Source: Desulfurococcales archaeon | GTDB taxonomy: Archaea > Thermoproteota > Thermoprotei_A > Sulfolobales > NBVN01 | DNA: 47,086 nucleotides | Assembly: GCA_027064885.1 (NCBI GenBank) | Contig: JAMOOZ010000117.1 | Coordinates: 1 to 47,086, forward strand | Direction of reading: 5' to 3' | Shown: piece by piece, positions 26,848-37,368 of the stretch | How the letters are laid out: the number at the start of each line of letters is the position of its first letter | How positions within the stretch are numbered: the stretch's first letter is position 1 | Program-made: the position numbers and the translations under genes | The notes under the pieces: generated by a model | Databases searched by the model: none | What the model saw: the letters and a program-made list of their open reading frames with translations, nothing else | Told to the model about the DNA's origin: nothing

Positions 26848-28203
26848 ATGCCACTCGGCAGCACACTAGACTTCGAGAGCCTGATAAGGGAGCTTAGGAG
26901 GCAGAAGCAGAAGTACCACGCCAAGGTACTCTCCTCCAACGCTCTTTTCGCAAACTGGCTCAGAAGCATGGACATAGGCGACTTCATGCCCTGGTACGTC
27001 TGGCTCATGATACCCGAGTTCACCTATTCTGGCATAGCCTACAGCCTCCTCTTCGACATACCGCCATACGAGATAGTGCCAGTCAACTGGGACTTCAACG
27101 TCGAACTGCCAGACGTGGACGAGTGGCTCCAGGGAATACTCGCGGACGTCTACAAGATAGACTGGAGCACCATCTACGAGTGGCTCAGCGACATAGAGAA
27201 GCTGGTCAAGGAGACTGTTGAAGAGCAGTACCAGGAGAGCATGATACAGACGAGGCCCAGGAAGGCGGTCTACGGTAAGACACGCTACAACAGGAGCTAC
27301 CTAGACCCCCCAGCGGTTCGCGAGGCCATACGCTCAACCATGTTCAAACTATGGGTGGAAAGGTATACTCTGAAACAGCTGAGAGAAGACCATGACAAGA
27401 TGGCTAGGGAGCTACAGCTCAGCGACGGCTTCAAGATACTGCTATTCCACAAGATAAGCCAGGTCATCTACGCCCAGCCGTCAGCCCTGATACTAGGCTA
27501 CGGGGTTCTAGGCAGAAGCTACCTGGGCAGGAAGGTTAGGCCAGAGCCAGAGGCAGAGTTCAAGATGTTCAACTACGACCTGGAGCTCATAGAGTGGCTG
27601 GGCAACACCCTAGACCACGCCAAGGTAGGCCTAGTCCTCGGCATAACACCGCTAGGCTACGGCTACCTCCTACCCCCACGCACCGTGTTCAAGAAGCCCA
27701 TAATCCCAAAGCAGCTCCAGCCGCTCACAGAGTTCGTCAGGAGGAGGGGCACACACCAGATACACAATATAACATGGAACCCGTTCACCATAGGCAACTA
27801 CAACCGCCCCGAGGAGCAGCGCGACTACCGTAAGAGCGAGCGAGCAGACCAGTACATGAGCCTCCAGCTCATACGCTACCAGATAGAGCGCATAGTAGAC
27901 CCCATCATACGCCGCTACGAGACAAACCCAGTCAAAATACGCATGTACAAGAGCGCAGTCCTCCAGCTGGTCAGCCTGCCAGCAAAGCGGCACAGGTGGG
28001 GCTACGAAGCCTTCAAAGCAATGAGCGAGGATGAGCTGGTCTCGTGGTGGAAGGAGCACTGGAAGTCCCAGGGCTTAAAAGAAGACGTCTTAGACCAGCT
28101 CTATAACGCGGTAAAGAGGTGGCTTCCCGAATGGAGGAGGCTCAAACTCCAGCTGGGCAGACGGGTCAGGGAGGCCAGGTACCGCCTAGCACACCTCAGG
28201 TAG
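26848..28203 (+). CDS. Probable minor virion protein (rudivirus-like structural module)
   Basis: ATG at 26848; Tyr/Gly motifs KAVYGKTRY, LGYGVLG, LGYGYL; position between GT and giant protein. Confidence 0.55.
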   Translation: MPLGSTLDFESLIRELRRQKQKYHAKVLSSNALFANWLRSMDIGDFMPWYVWLMIPEFTYSGIAYSLLFDIPPYEIVPVNWDFNVELPDVDEWLQGILADVYKIDWSTIYEWLSDIEKLVKETVEEQYQESMIQTRPRKAVYGKTRYNRSYLDPPAVREAIRSTMFKLWVERYTLKQLREDHDKMARELQLSDGFKILLFHKISQVIYAQPSALILGYGVLGRSYLGRKVRPEPEAEFKMFNYDLELIEWLGNTLDHAKVGLVLGITPLGYGYLLPPRTVFKKPIIPKQLQPLTEFVRRRGTHQIHNITWNPFTIGNYNRPEEQRDYRKSERADQYMSLQLIRYQIERIVDPIIRRYETNPVKIRMYKSAVLQLVSLPAKRHRWGYEAFKAMSEDELVSWWKEHWKSQGLKEDVLDQLYNAVKRWLPEWRRLKLQLGRRVREARYRLAHLR

Positions 28204-28460
28204 CAGCGCCCCAGGGCCTACAGCTACAGCCCCAGCAGAGCAGGGACGAGCAGATACGCCAGAAGCTAGCAGAGATAATCGGCGACATCCTAGCCAAGGC
28301 GCAGGAGGTAGGCTTCGAGCTGGCAACCCTGGACTACGGCGAGCTTGGCAGGTGCCCACACCTCAAGCCGCTGGTTGAGAAGAGCAGAGAGCTAGTGGTA
28401 GCCCTCAAGAAGCTGATGTCAATGAGGAAGGAGCTAGCATCTGTACAGCCGACAGGTTAG
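28119..28460 (+). CDS. Hypothetical protein
   Basis: 113-aa ORF with Q/P-rich N-terminus, overlapping the previous gene end. Confidence 0.6.
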   Translation: MASRMEEAQTPAGQTGQGGQVPPSTPQVAAPQGLQLQPQQSRDEQIRQKLAEIIGDILAKAQEVGFELATLDYGELGRCPHLKPLVEKSRELVVALKKLMSMRKELASVQPTG

Positions 28461-28518
28461 CCCGTACACATCTTAGCTTTTACCCAAGGCCGCACAGTTT
28501 TTTAAACGGGGCGCCTGG

Positions 28519-28836
28519 ATGCCCAGCGCACCATCCGCCCCACCAGGACAGAGCAAGATTGTCCAGATACCACCCATCACAGTTATGGTGGACGACTGCC
28601 TAGCCCACATTCTCGAAGTCGCCCAGCTCGACTTCCCCTGGGGCACCGAGTACGCAGTCTCAGTCATGGTGGAATGCAAGGGTATACGCAGCAGGGTCTT
28701 CAACCTCTCTGTGAGGAACGAGAAGGAGCTAAAGGCCAAGCTGATAGCCGAGGTTACAAAGTTCAAGCTAATGCGCCTCGTACTCGGCGACGAGACGACA
28801 AGAGACGTGGTAGGGGGTGTCCCACTTGTCAGATGA
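28519..28836 (+). CDS. Hypothetical protein
   Basis: 105-aa ORF after a TTTTTAAA box. Confidence 0.75.
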   Translation: MPSAPSAPPGQSKIVQIPPITVMVDDCLAHILEVAQLDFPWGTEYAVSVMVECKGIRSRVFNLSVRNEKELKAKLIAEVTKFKLMRLVLGDETTRDVVGGVPLVR

Positions 28837-31800
28837 CCCGTACTTCCACTACACGCGAGATGACGTGGAGTGGCTGGCCGACCAGCTCGCAGACGTGCTG
28901 GTAGCCGAGACTAGGCAGCAGCGCCAGCAGTACACTGTGATAACCATAGATATGGTAGAGCTCCTAGACCTCAAGGCCATAGCGAGCGGCGTCTTCGGCA
29001 TAACAGACCCTATAGGCCAGCTCAAAGACTGGCTCAAAAAGATACTCGAAGGCTTCGTCCAAACCATAGTCGATAAGATAGGCTCACTCATATCTGGCGT
29101 CTTCAACGAGGTAATCAAACCCATACTAGACCGTATATCCTCTGCCATAAGCGCGCTCGCAGACACCGTAAACAAGGTAGTCATACAGCCGATTAAGGAT
29201 GTGCTCAACTGGATCGCTGAGAACATACCAAAGCTCAAGGACACGGTTACAGGGCTCATAGACAGTATCAAGAACGGCCTGAACACTCTGAGCAACACAC
29301 TGGTAAACATTACAAGCCAGATACTAAGCCTGGTCAACAGTATATCGAGCGCCGTAGGCGACGTCATATCTGAGATAACCTCGAAGATACAGGAGATAGT
29401 GAAGTCGGTCTCCGAGGGTATACAGAGCGCTGTAAGCGCAGTCCAGGACGCCCTATCAGCCGTGCAGAACGCGATTTCTGGCATTGTAGACCAGATATCT
29501 AGCACCCTCTCAAACCTGGCAAGCAGGATAGGCGACGTCATAAGCAACGTGGTCTCAACCATAACATCCCTTGTTGAGAAGATAGGCGGCCAGCTAAGCG
29601 ACATAGTGTCCTCGATAGCTGGCAAGCTAAGCGACCTACTGGGCAGGGCTGCTGGTACAATACAAGACCTGCTGTCAAGGGTTGGCTCGGCAGTCAGCAA
29701 GATAGGCGACGCAATATCATCAGTCATCAACGCAATATCATCCAGGCTCCAGAACCTAGCCAACTCTGTAGCCCAGGCCATATCCAAGCTGCCAAGCCTC
29801 ATATCAGAAGCCTTGGGTAGGCTCAGCAGCCTAGCCTCAAAGGTGGCCAGCAGCATATCGGGGCTCCTACACAAGGCCGCCAGCACAATACAAGACATAG
29901 TTTCCAGGATAGGCTCAGCCGTGGGCAAGATAATCGGCGAGATAACATCGGCGCTCCGCAGGCTGGGCGAGAAGCTGGGCGAGCTGGCGAGAGGGGTAAT
30001 AGACGTTCTGACAAAGGTGCCAGGCATAATATCTAACATAATATCAAAGATATCCAGCGGCCTCCAAGACATTGCTGGCAGGATATCCAAAGCCCTCAGC
30101 GGGCTAATCGAGGGCGCTGGCAAGGCCATAGAGGGCATCATAGGCAGGATATCAAAGATTGTAGACAAGATAGTCGGCACCATCACCTCAGCTCTTGAGC
30201 GTGCAGGCCAGACAATACGCAAAATGGTGGAGAACGCCGTAGCGGCCATAGAGAAGCTGCCAGACACTATAGGCAGGATAGTCTCAAGGATAGGCGAGGG
30301 CCTATCCAGCCTGCTACAGCGCGCCAGCGACCTCATAAGCAAGATTATAGGCGGCCTACAGCGCGGCATAGGCCAGATACTGTCTGGCGTGAGGAAGATA
30401 GTGGATAGCATAGTCTCAGCAGCCAAGAGCGGCATAGACAAGCTGGTAGACCTCCTCGGCAAGGCCAGGGACGTGGTAGGCAAGATAGTAGACAAGGTCA
30501 AGAGCCTCCCAGACGTCATAGAGGAGGCCCTCGGCAAGGTCAAGGACTTCCTCAGCGACGTGGCTGACAAGTTCAAGGACGTCCTAGAGACTCTTGGCAA
30601 GATGCTGAGCCCAGCCCACGTAGCAGTAGTGGTCTCAGACCTCCTCCGCAGAGCCGCCCCAGACGTCTACAACGAGCTCAGAAGCACCCTGGCAAGAATT
30701 AGGAACCCACTAGACTTCATAGCCAACTTCCCCAAGCTGATGTTCCTATCAATGGTCGGCCTAGCAAAGGTAGTATGGTACCTGATGCCAAAGGAGGTCA
30801 AGGACTTCTTCAACAACGTCGCGAACGCGGTTAAAACCGTTGGAGAGCACTTGATGGGCTTCGTAAACGCGATAATGAAGTTCCCAGAATGGTTCCCCAA
30901 CTGGTTCAAGCAGCACATAGCAGAGCCCATAGTAGGGGCCCTCAAGCGGATAGGAGAGTGGATATGGGAGCACCTACCAGACTTCGTCAAGGACTTCTTC
31001 AGCAAGGCCGTAGACTTCTTCAAGAGCATACCAGACTACATCAAGGAGGCGGCGGACAAGATAAGGGAGGCTGGCGAGAAGATAGTAGAAGCCGCCAAGG
31101 CTGTTGGAGAAGGCCTCAAGAAGTTCTTCGAAGACCCACTCGGCACCCTAAAGAGCGTGCTTGAGTGGCTGTGGGAGCACGCCCTCAAGCCACTCGGAGA
31201 ACACATCTACGAGGGGCTTAAAGCGCTAGGAGAGTGGATATGGGAGCACCTACCAGACGCGGTCAAGGAGTTCCTTGAGAAGGCCAGGGACGCACTGGTA
31301 GCGCTGAAGGACGCTATAGTGGGCTTCTTCAAAGACCCCGTTGGCACGCTTAAGGGCGTACTACAGTGGCTCTGGGACAACGCGTTCAAGCCTCTAGGCG
31401 AGCGCATATACGAAGGCCTCAAGGGCCTGGGCCAGTGGATATGGGAGCACCTGCCCGAGCCAGTCAGAGAATTCCTTGAAAAGGCTAGGGACGCACTGAT
31501 AACCATCGGCGAGAAGGTCAAGTCTGGCGTAGAGTGGCTCATAGAGCACCTGCCAGCAGTCAAGGACGCACTTATAGCTGTTAAGGATGCAATAGTAGCG
31601 TTCTTCAAAGACCCTGTAGGCACGCTGAAGAGTCTGCTCGAATGGCTGTGGGACAACGTGTTCAAGCCTCTAGGCGAGCGAATCTACGAGGGGTTGAAGT
31701 CCCTCGGAGGATGGATATGGGAGCATCTGCCAGACCCTGTTAGGGAGGCACTGCTCAAGGTCAGAGACTTCTTCGGCTGGCTCTACGAGCAGCTGGTAGA

Positions 31801-34800
31801 ATTCTTCAAAGACCCCAAGGGCAAGATACTGGACTTTCTCAGGTGGCTCTGGGACAAGCTGCTCCTAGCCAAGGACTGGATTGTAGACCACGTAGTTAAG
31901 CCGTTAATAGACATTCTAAAGACAATCTGGGATTACGTCAAGAAGGCTGTGATATGGATTGCAGAACACGTATTCGATGCCCTAGTAGAGTTTGGAAGGT
32001 TCGTGCTCACTGGAGCCTACAAGATAATCACTGGCCTAGCCGACATACTGTGGAATATAGGTAAGACCCTTGCTGGGGCATTCCTCAACTTTGCTGCCAG
32101 GGTTGAAGGCTTTATCGCTGAGCATCTGCCAGGAGGCATCTACAAGCGGCACCTAGAGGTTTTGGAGGAGGCTCTGGGCAAAGATGCAGCTAAAGCAGTA
32201 GCCGCAGTTACTGCTCCATTTGCAGTACCATTATCGCTTGTCGGCGGATTCTACAAGATTATCTATGAGAAGGCTAAGGATATGATGCCAGTAATAATGA
32301 GAGACCCCGTAGGCACAATCTACGGTATAGCCAATCTTGCAATATTCGGTGCCGTGATGGGCATCATTCTAGAGAGTGCCATCAGCAGCCTTGCCAGAAT
32401 ATTCAAGGGTATAGAGGTTAGTCTCTCCGCTCTGCTCAGGCCGCTTGGTATAGGCACGAAAGGCGAGGGTAAAGTCAAGATAGACGTTGGAGAGGCCCTT
32501 GAAAAGCTTTCAAAGAGTATTGGCAAGATAATGCCAGACGTTGCGAGGTACCTCATAATAGGCCATATGATATGGTGGGCCGAGCCGACAAGGGCCATCA
32601 CAAGGTACTGGCTCACCAACTACATAACCATAGAGCTTCCGCCTATGGAGCAGACCCTCCGCAGCCTACGCCGCCACCTGGCGACCCCAGAGGCGCAGAC
32701 GTACTACAGGATATACGTAGACCAGCTGAGGATGGGCGGTATATCACAGCAGTTCATAGACTACCTCTACCCGCTGCCAGACAAGCTCCTATCGATATAC
32801 CAGGAGGTTGCAGCCAAGTACGACGCCAACCTCAAGGCTCTAATCATAACCGACAGGTTCGGCCAGCCACGCGTCTTCCCAGCAAGCCTAGTGGCTGAGA
32901 TACCGACACCAAGCGAGCTAGCTCACATGATGATACGAGACATCATACTAAACCCCAGGGACTTCGCCGCCGTAATGAGCATGCACGGCTTCACGCCAGA
33001 CGTAGCATTCATGTTCTACCTGCTGCACTTCAGGTACCCCAGCCCAGAGAAGCTCGCAGAGTTCTTCTGGCGCGGCGTGGCTGGCGAGCTGTGGAACCCC
33101 GACGAGTCCTACGACAAGGACATAGTGGCCACCTTCTTCAAGAAGGGAGAGGTGCCGAAGCCAAAGGCGCCTAAGAAGTTCAACTTCGACGCAAAGTCGC
33201 TGTTCGAGATGATGAAGCAGTACATGAAGTGGCACGACTACGCCAGGATACCGTGGCACAAGGGCTGGCCCACAGACAACGCCATAATTATGGAGCTGAT
33301 AGCCGACATCCCAGGCAAGATAGACCTGCGCTGGATGACCAGGTGGGGCCTCTTCGACTACTGGGGCGCGTGGGGCTACGGTATCAAGAGCAGTATAGAG
33401 GAGATAACCACTGGCCTACTCAAAGAGGGCCAGACAACCTCAGCAGCAGCAATTGTGGAGAAATACCTGAACTCGCTGAAGAGCGGCAAGATAGAGTTCG
33501 ACGTCCGCCAGTTCGCCAGGACTCTCCAGGCAACAGGCCTGCACCCCTACTGGGTGCCGTGGATAAGCATAGCCGAGACAATCAACGCACTATCAGAGGA
33601 GCGTACACTGCTCAGAACTGGCTTCATAAACCTGTTCAGGGAGGGCCTGTGGACGCTAGACCAGCTGAACGTGCTGCTCTCTGGCTTCTTCACAGTAGTA
33701 TTCAAGACTGGCTACTTCGACCCCAACACTATGGACTGGAAGGAGGTTAACGTAGAGTTCCCAGTAGCATTCCTGCCAGCAGAGTCGAAGCTGCTGGAGC
33801 TAAGGGCTGTCATGGACAAGGCGCTTGACATCTACCGTGAGGCCTACAGGTACCTGATACGCTCAGCCCTCTACTACACTGTAACGGTGGAGGAGGCGGA
33901 GGAGATACTCAGGGACATAGTTGGAGCCATAAATGCCAACTTCTTCGTCAGCGAGATACGCAAGATAACAGGCAAGAGCCTAGGCCTAGAGCTCGACAAG
34001 GGCTACTGGGCGGCCTGGAGGAGGTACGTGGAGCTACTCCAGGACGTTGAGGCCAGGCTTAGGACACGCTACTACGCACGCTACATCATCTGGAGCGTCC
34101 TCTGGGGCCTACGCTGGGGCTACACTACAATCAGCGAGGCCGAGAAGTGGGTAGAACAGATGGTAAACGTTATGCACGAGCACAAGTACGTCGAAGACAT
34201 GATAAGGATGTCCGTAGACTTCATGATCCAGAGGTTCTACAAGGAGATATCCGTGAGGGCCATAGTCAACAGGCTGAGGAGCAGGAGGATAACGGTTGAC
34301 GAGGCCCTGGAGGAGTTCAAGAAGCTCGGATTCGACGAGAAAACCGCCAGGCTCTACATTGACGCGAACGTGATATGGTACACTCCGAGCATAACCACCT
34401 ATGCCAGCATGCTTGAGGTGGTGCCAGAGGCCCTCGACACTGTGTTGAACGTCGTGGCCAGGTTCAACCTGCCAGAGGATGAGCGGCTCTACTGGATGCT
34501 CTACCTTGCAAGGCAGCCAGTACGCGACGAGCTAACCCTAGTGCGCACGAGGATATACCAGCTCCTAGCCCTGGGCATGAGCCCAGAGGAGCTTACAGCC
34601 CTACTATCAGAGTACGCTGTAGGCTACGTCTACAAGGACGGTAAGCTTGAGCTTGTAGCAGGCCCCAAGGCAAAGGAGGCCCTAGCAGTCTACGACAAGG
34701 CCGTCGAGGTCTTCCAGGCGTTCGGCATATCCCAGCACGAGTGGGTGCTCTACAACCTGATAGCAAGAATGGAGAACCTCAAAGACATAATGAAGGCTGC

Positions 34801-36172
34801 TGAGAAGGAGAGGATACCCAGCCCAACAACCATGGCAAGTCTGGCAGAGTACCTTGTCCTCCCAGAAGACCTGGTGAGGAAGACCCTTGAGGAGTACCAC
34901 GTTGCGCCAGAGTGGCTCCCATACTGGCTGGAGTACATCCGTGTTAAGCCCCTCAAGAGCGATTACAAGAGCCTGCTAAGCGTCTACATACGCGCCCTAC
35001 GCTACAAGGCCGTCTCAGAGGACGAGTTCAAGAAGTTCCTGAAGGAGCTGTCCGAGTGGGGCTTCACGCCCAAGGAGGTGGAGCTGGTAAGCAGGCGTGC
35101 AGCACTTGAGGAGGCCATCGTTGAGGCTAGGGAGGCAGCCAGACTCTACATACCAACACCGACAATGCTAGCAACCCTCGCAGAGTACATGGTGCTCCCC
35201 AGCGACCTGATAGCGAAGGCTCTGGCTGCCAGGCATGTGCCAGAGGAGTGGACTAAGATATGGCTAGAATACATCAGGGTAAGGCCAGTCAAGAGCGACT
35301 ACAAGACGCTCCTGACAGCCTACATACGAGCTCTACGCTACGGTGTGGTCAGCAGGAACGACGTTGAAGCATTCATAAAGGAGCTTAGCCAGTGGGGCTT
35401 CACGCCCAAGGAGATTGAGATTATAAGGCGCAGGGTAGAGCTCGAAGAGGCCATAGCAGCCGCGAGGGAGTACATACCAACACCATCCATGCTGGCGACA
35501 ATGGCCGAGTACGTGCCAGCGGTTAGGAGGTACGCCCTTCAGGTCCTTGAGAAGCGTAGGGTGCCGAGGGAGTGGTGGCCAGTCTGGCTGGAGTACATCC
35601 ATGTTAGGCCGCTTGCCAGCGAGGTGCGCGAGGTCGTAAGGGACATACGCCAGCTCTACGAGTACTTCGCAATCAAGCTCGACGACCTCAAGCGCCTGCT
35701 CAAGCGGTTCGTACAGTACGGCCTGGAGGACGAGGAGATAGCCCTACTAGTCTACGGCAGCCAGCTTCGCGCCGCGCTGAGGGCATACAGGGAGCTGGTA
35801 GGAACACCGAGACAGCTCGTAACTATGGCAGAGTACAGCCCCAAGGCCAGGAGGCTAGCCCTAGCACAGGTCTACAAGATGATTGACGCGCTGCCAGTAG
35901 ACCAGCCTACCAAGGAGTTCCTCAAGAAGATGTGGGAGGAGTACATCCGCGTGCGCCCAGTCTACGACGAGGTGCGGAGGTACATCACCGAGCTAATAAG
36001 CGACTATGCCGAGGGCGTGATAGGCGACGACGAGCTCAAGCAGGAGCTTGAAGCGCTCAAGGACTGGGGCCTGGACGACTACGAGATACAGTTCTACATG
36101 TGGCTGGCGCAGCGGAGGCGGGTGAGGTACGTCTACCGTGAGCTTAGGAGGCAGCAGTACTTCGGGCTATGA
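28817..36172 (+). CDS. Giant 2451-aa helical repeat protein, probable terminal-structure/virion protein
   Basis: Amphipathic 11/18-residue-type repeats, Trp-rich FFKDPxGTLK..WIWEHLP repeats, C-terminal IPTPxMLA..W..YI.VRP repeats. Confidence 0.8.
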   Translation: MSHLSDDPYFHYTRDDVEWLADQLADVLVAETRQQRQQYTVITIDMVELLDLKAIASGVFGITDPIGQLKDWLKKILEGFVQTIVDKIGSLISGVFNEVIKPILDRISSAISALADTVNKVVIQPIKDVLNWIAENIPKLKDTVTGLIDSIKNGLNTLSNTLVNITSQILSLVNSISSAVGDVISEITSKIQEIVKSVSEGIQSAVSAVQDALSAVQNAISGIVDQISSTLSNLASRIGDVISNVVSTITSLVEKIGGQLSDIVSSIAGKLSDLLGRAAGTIQDLLSRVGSAVSKIGDAISSVINAISSRLQNLANSVAQAISKLPSLISEALGRLSSLASKVASSISGLLHKAASTIQDIVSRIGSAVGKIIGEITSALRRLGEKLGELARGVIDVLTKVPGIISNIISKISSGLQDIAGRISKALSGLIEGAGKAIEGIIGRISKIVDKIVGTITSALERAGQTIRKMVENAVAAIEKLPDTIGRIVSRIGEGLSSLLQRASDLISKIIGGLQRGIGQILSGVRKIVDSIVSAAKSGIDKLVDLLGKARDVVGKIVDKVKSLPDVIEEALGKVKDFLSDVADKFKDVLETLGKMLSPAHVAVVVSDLLRRAAPDVYNELRSTLARIRNPLDFIANFPKLMFLSMVGLAKVVWYLMPKEVKDFFNNVANAVKTVGEHLMGFVNAIMKFPEWFPNWFKQHIAEPIVGALKRIGEWIWEHLPDFVKDFFSKAVDFFKSIPDYIKEAADKIREAGEKIVEAAKAVGEGLKKFFEDPLGTLKSVLEWLWEHALKPLGEHIYEGLKALGEWIWEHLPDAVKEFLEKARDALVALKDAIVGFFKDPVGTLKGVLQWLWDNAFKPLGERIYEGLKGLGQWIWEHLPEPVREFLEKARDALITIGEKVKSGVEWLIEHLPAVKDALIAVKDAIVAFFKDPVGTLKSLLEWLWDNVFKPLGERIYEGLKSLGGWIWEHLPDPVREALLKVRDFFGWLYEQLVEFFKDPKGKILDFLRWLWDKLLLAKDWIVDHVVKPLIDILKTIWDYVKKAVIWIAEHVFDALVEFGRFVLTGAYKIITGLADILWNIGKTLAGAFLNFAARVEGFIAEHLPGGIYKRHLEVLEEALGKDAAKAVAAVTAPFAVPLSLVGGFYKIIYEKAKDMMPVIMRDPVGTIYGIANLAIFGAVMGIILESAISSLARIFKGIEVSLSALLRPLGIGTKGEGKVKIDVGEALEKLSKSIGKIMPDVARYLIIGHMIWWAEPTRAITRYWLTNYITIELPPMEQTLRSLRRHLATPEAQTYYRIYVDQLRMGGISQQFIDYLYPLPDKLLSIYQEVAAKYDANLKALIITDRFGQPRVFPASLVAEIPTPSELAHMMIRDIILNPRDFAAVMSMHGFTPDVAFMFYLLHFRYPSPEKLAEFFWRGVAGELWNPDESYDKDIVATFFKKGEVPKPKAPKKFNFDAKSLFEMMKQYMKWHDYARIPWHKGWPTDNAIIMELIADIPGKIDLRWMTRWGLFDYWGAWGYGIKSSIEEITTGLLKEGQTTSAAAIVEKYLNSLKSGKIEFDVRQFARTLQATGLHPYWVPWISIAETINALSEERTLLRTGFINLFREGLWTLDQLNVLLSGFFTVVFKTGYFDPNTMDWKEVNVEFPVAFLPAESKLLELRAVMDKALDIYREAYRYLIRSALYYTVTVEEAEEILRDIVGAINANFFVSEIRKITGKSLGLELDKGYWAAWRRYVELLQDVEARLRTRYYARYIIWSVLWGLRWGYTTISEAEKWVEQMVNVMHEHKYVEDMIRMSVDFMIQRFYKEISVRAIVNRLRSRRITVDEALEEFKKLGFDEKTARLYIDANVIWYTPSITTYASMLEVVPEALDTVLNVVARFNLPEDERLYWMLYLARQPVRDELTLVRTRIYQLLALGMSPEELTALLSEYAVGYVYKDGKLELVAGPKAKEALAVYDKAVEVFQAFGISQHEWVLYNLIARMENLKDIMKAAEKERIPSPTTMASLAEYLVLPEDLVRKTLEEYHVAPEWLPYWLEYIRVKPLKSDYKSLLSVYIRALRYKAVSEDEFKKFLKELSEWGFTPKEVELVSRRAALEEAIVEAREAARLYIPTPTMLATLAEYMVLPSDLIAKALAARHVPEEWTKIWLEYIRVRPVKSDYKTLLTAYIRALRYGVVSRNDVEAFIKELSQWGFTPKEIEIIRRRVELEEAIAAAREYIPTPSMLATMAEYVPAVRRYALQVLEKRRVPREWWPVWLEYIHVRPLASEVREVVRDIRQLYEYFAIKLDDLKRLLKRFVQYGLEDEEIALLVYGSQLRAALRAYRELVGTPRQLVTMAEYSPKARRLALAQVYKMIDALPVDQPTKEFLKKMWEEYIRVRPVYDEVRRYITELISDYAEGVIGDDELKQELEALKDWGLDDYEIQFYMWLAQRRRVRYVYRELRRQQYFGL

Positions 36173-36295
36173 ACACCCCACTGAAACTATTTCAAGGTGA
36201 TGGTGTGAGCCCCTACTCTCCCCGCACTTTTTCTCTCCAATTCCCTCCCGAAACTACTCGCATTCAAAACCACACATGCAACGAGAATAGTTTCG

Positions 36296-36607
36296 GTGGA
36301 AGCCATGTGGTGCCCAGACCCCAACAGTCTAGTTGAGCGCTGCACAAGGCTACGCTGCCTACCCCCCGAGCTTAGGCACAGGTGCATATTCCAGCTGGCA
36401 TTCTTCATAATGGAGATGGAGCACTGGCTAGTGTTCAACAAGTACAGCCTGAACGAGGAGCTTAGAGAGTTCCAGTGGAGCCTTGAGCGGGATGGGCTGA
36501 AAAAACTGCTAGACCCAGAGGACTTCTGCACCTACCTAACGCTCTTCGACATGTGGCTCACGGAGATGGAGCAAGGGTTCACTGGCTGCTATGAAACTCT
36601 CCTATGA
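36296..36607 (+). CDS. Hypothetical protein
   Basis: 103-aa ORF. Confidence 0.6.
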   Translation: MEAMWCPDPNSLVERCTRLRCLPPELRHRCIFQLAFFIMEMEHWLVFNKYSLNEELREFQWSLERDGLKKLLDPEDFCTYLTLFDMWLTEMEQGFTGCYETLL

Positions 36608-36923
36608 GCCTACCCTCCCTCAACATCTCAACAACCATCGAGAACGCAGCGTCGGCAAGCGGCTCTGGCAGCGTTGCAGCACAACAGTCAAGGTAGACCC
36701 TAGCGTTGAAGCCGTGCTTATGCTCGCCAGTAACTGGGTCGTCGTAGAAGCCCTTGTAGTACTCTATTATCGGGGTCATGCTGGCAACGTTGCTGTCTGG
36801 CGTTACGTTAAGCACGTAGACAGCCATGAAATCAAGCACTCCATCCTCAAACTCCAGTACGACAACAGTATAGACGTGGTACTGGCTCATTATATGCCAT
36901 GTTATGGTCTCAGTCTTAACCAT
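36579..36923 (-). CDS. Hypothetical protein
   Basis: 114-aa ORF with GGAG SD. Confidence 0.6.
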   Translation of the reverse strand: MVKTETITWHIMSQYHVYTVVVLEFEDGVLDFMAVYVLNVTPDSNVASMTPIIEYYKGFYDDPVTGEHKHGFNARVYLDCCAATLPEPLADAAFSMVVEMLREGRLIGEFHSSQ

Positions 36924-37023
36924 ACTGCTCCAGCCTCACAGGAGTATTTGTGTACGGTTTGTTTTTCTGGCTTCAGCGTTATATGCTGGGATTTGTAGAG
37001 TCTAACAGTGGAGGAGGAGTGTC

Positions 37024-37368
37024 TTGAGCGAGTCCCCCTCACTGGTCGAGGAGATTAGAAGGGCTAGGGAGGAGATAAGCAAGGCTATAGAGGAGGCTAG
37101 GAAGGCTGCTGAGGAGGCCTCCAAGGCTATTGAGCCAGCGCTGGAGGAGCTTAGGAAGGCCGCAGAGGAGCTGGTAAAGATAGGCGAGTCCGCCAGGATG
37201 CCCCCACCGCCAAAGCCTCCAGAAACAACACCGTCAAGCGGCGCTACAGCAACTGGATCAAAAACACGTACAGGTTCCAGGAGGGCTTCTGGCGCGGCCC
37301 AGCAGCAGGCGCCGCCCACAAGACCTGTCCCGCTTAGCGAGCTTGAGAAGAGGAGGTCTAGGCGCTAG
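37024..37368 (+). CDS. Coiled-coil/low-complexity protein
   Basis: EEARKAAEE repeats; GGAGGAG SD. Confidence 0.7.
   Translation: MSESPSLVEEIRRAREEISKAIEEARKAAEEASKAIEPALEELRKAAEELVKIGESARMPPPPKPPETTPSSGATATGSKTRTGSRRASGAAQQQAPPTRPVPLSELEKRRSRR

Noticed and set aside
28849-30600. 583-aa antisense ORF and other antisense ORFs inside the giant gene
   Set aside because: Shadow frames of a repetitive coding strand
28817-36172. Calling the element a tailed (Caudoviricetes) virus because of tape-measure-like and fibre genes
   Set aside because: No terminase, portal or HK97 capsid recognised, whereas a SIRV2-type MCP is clear
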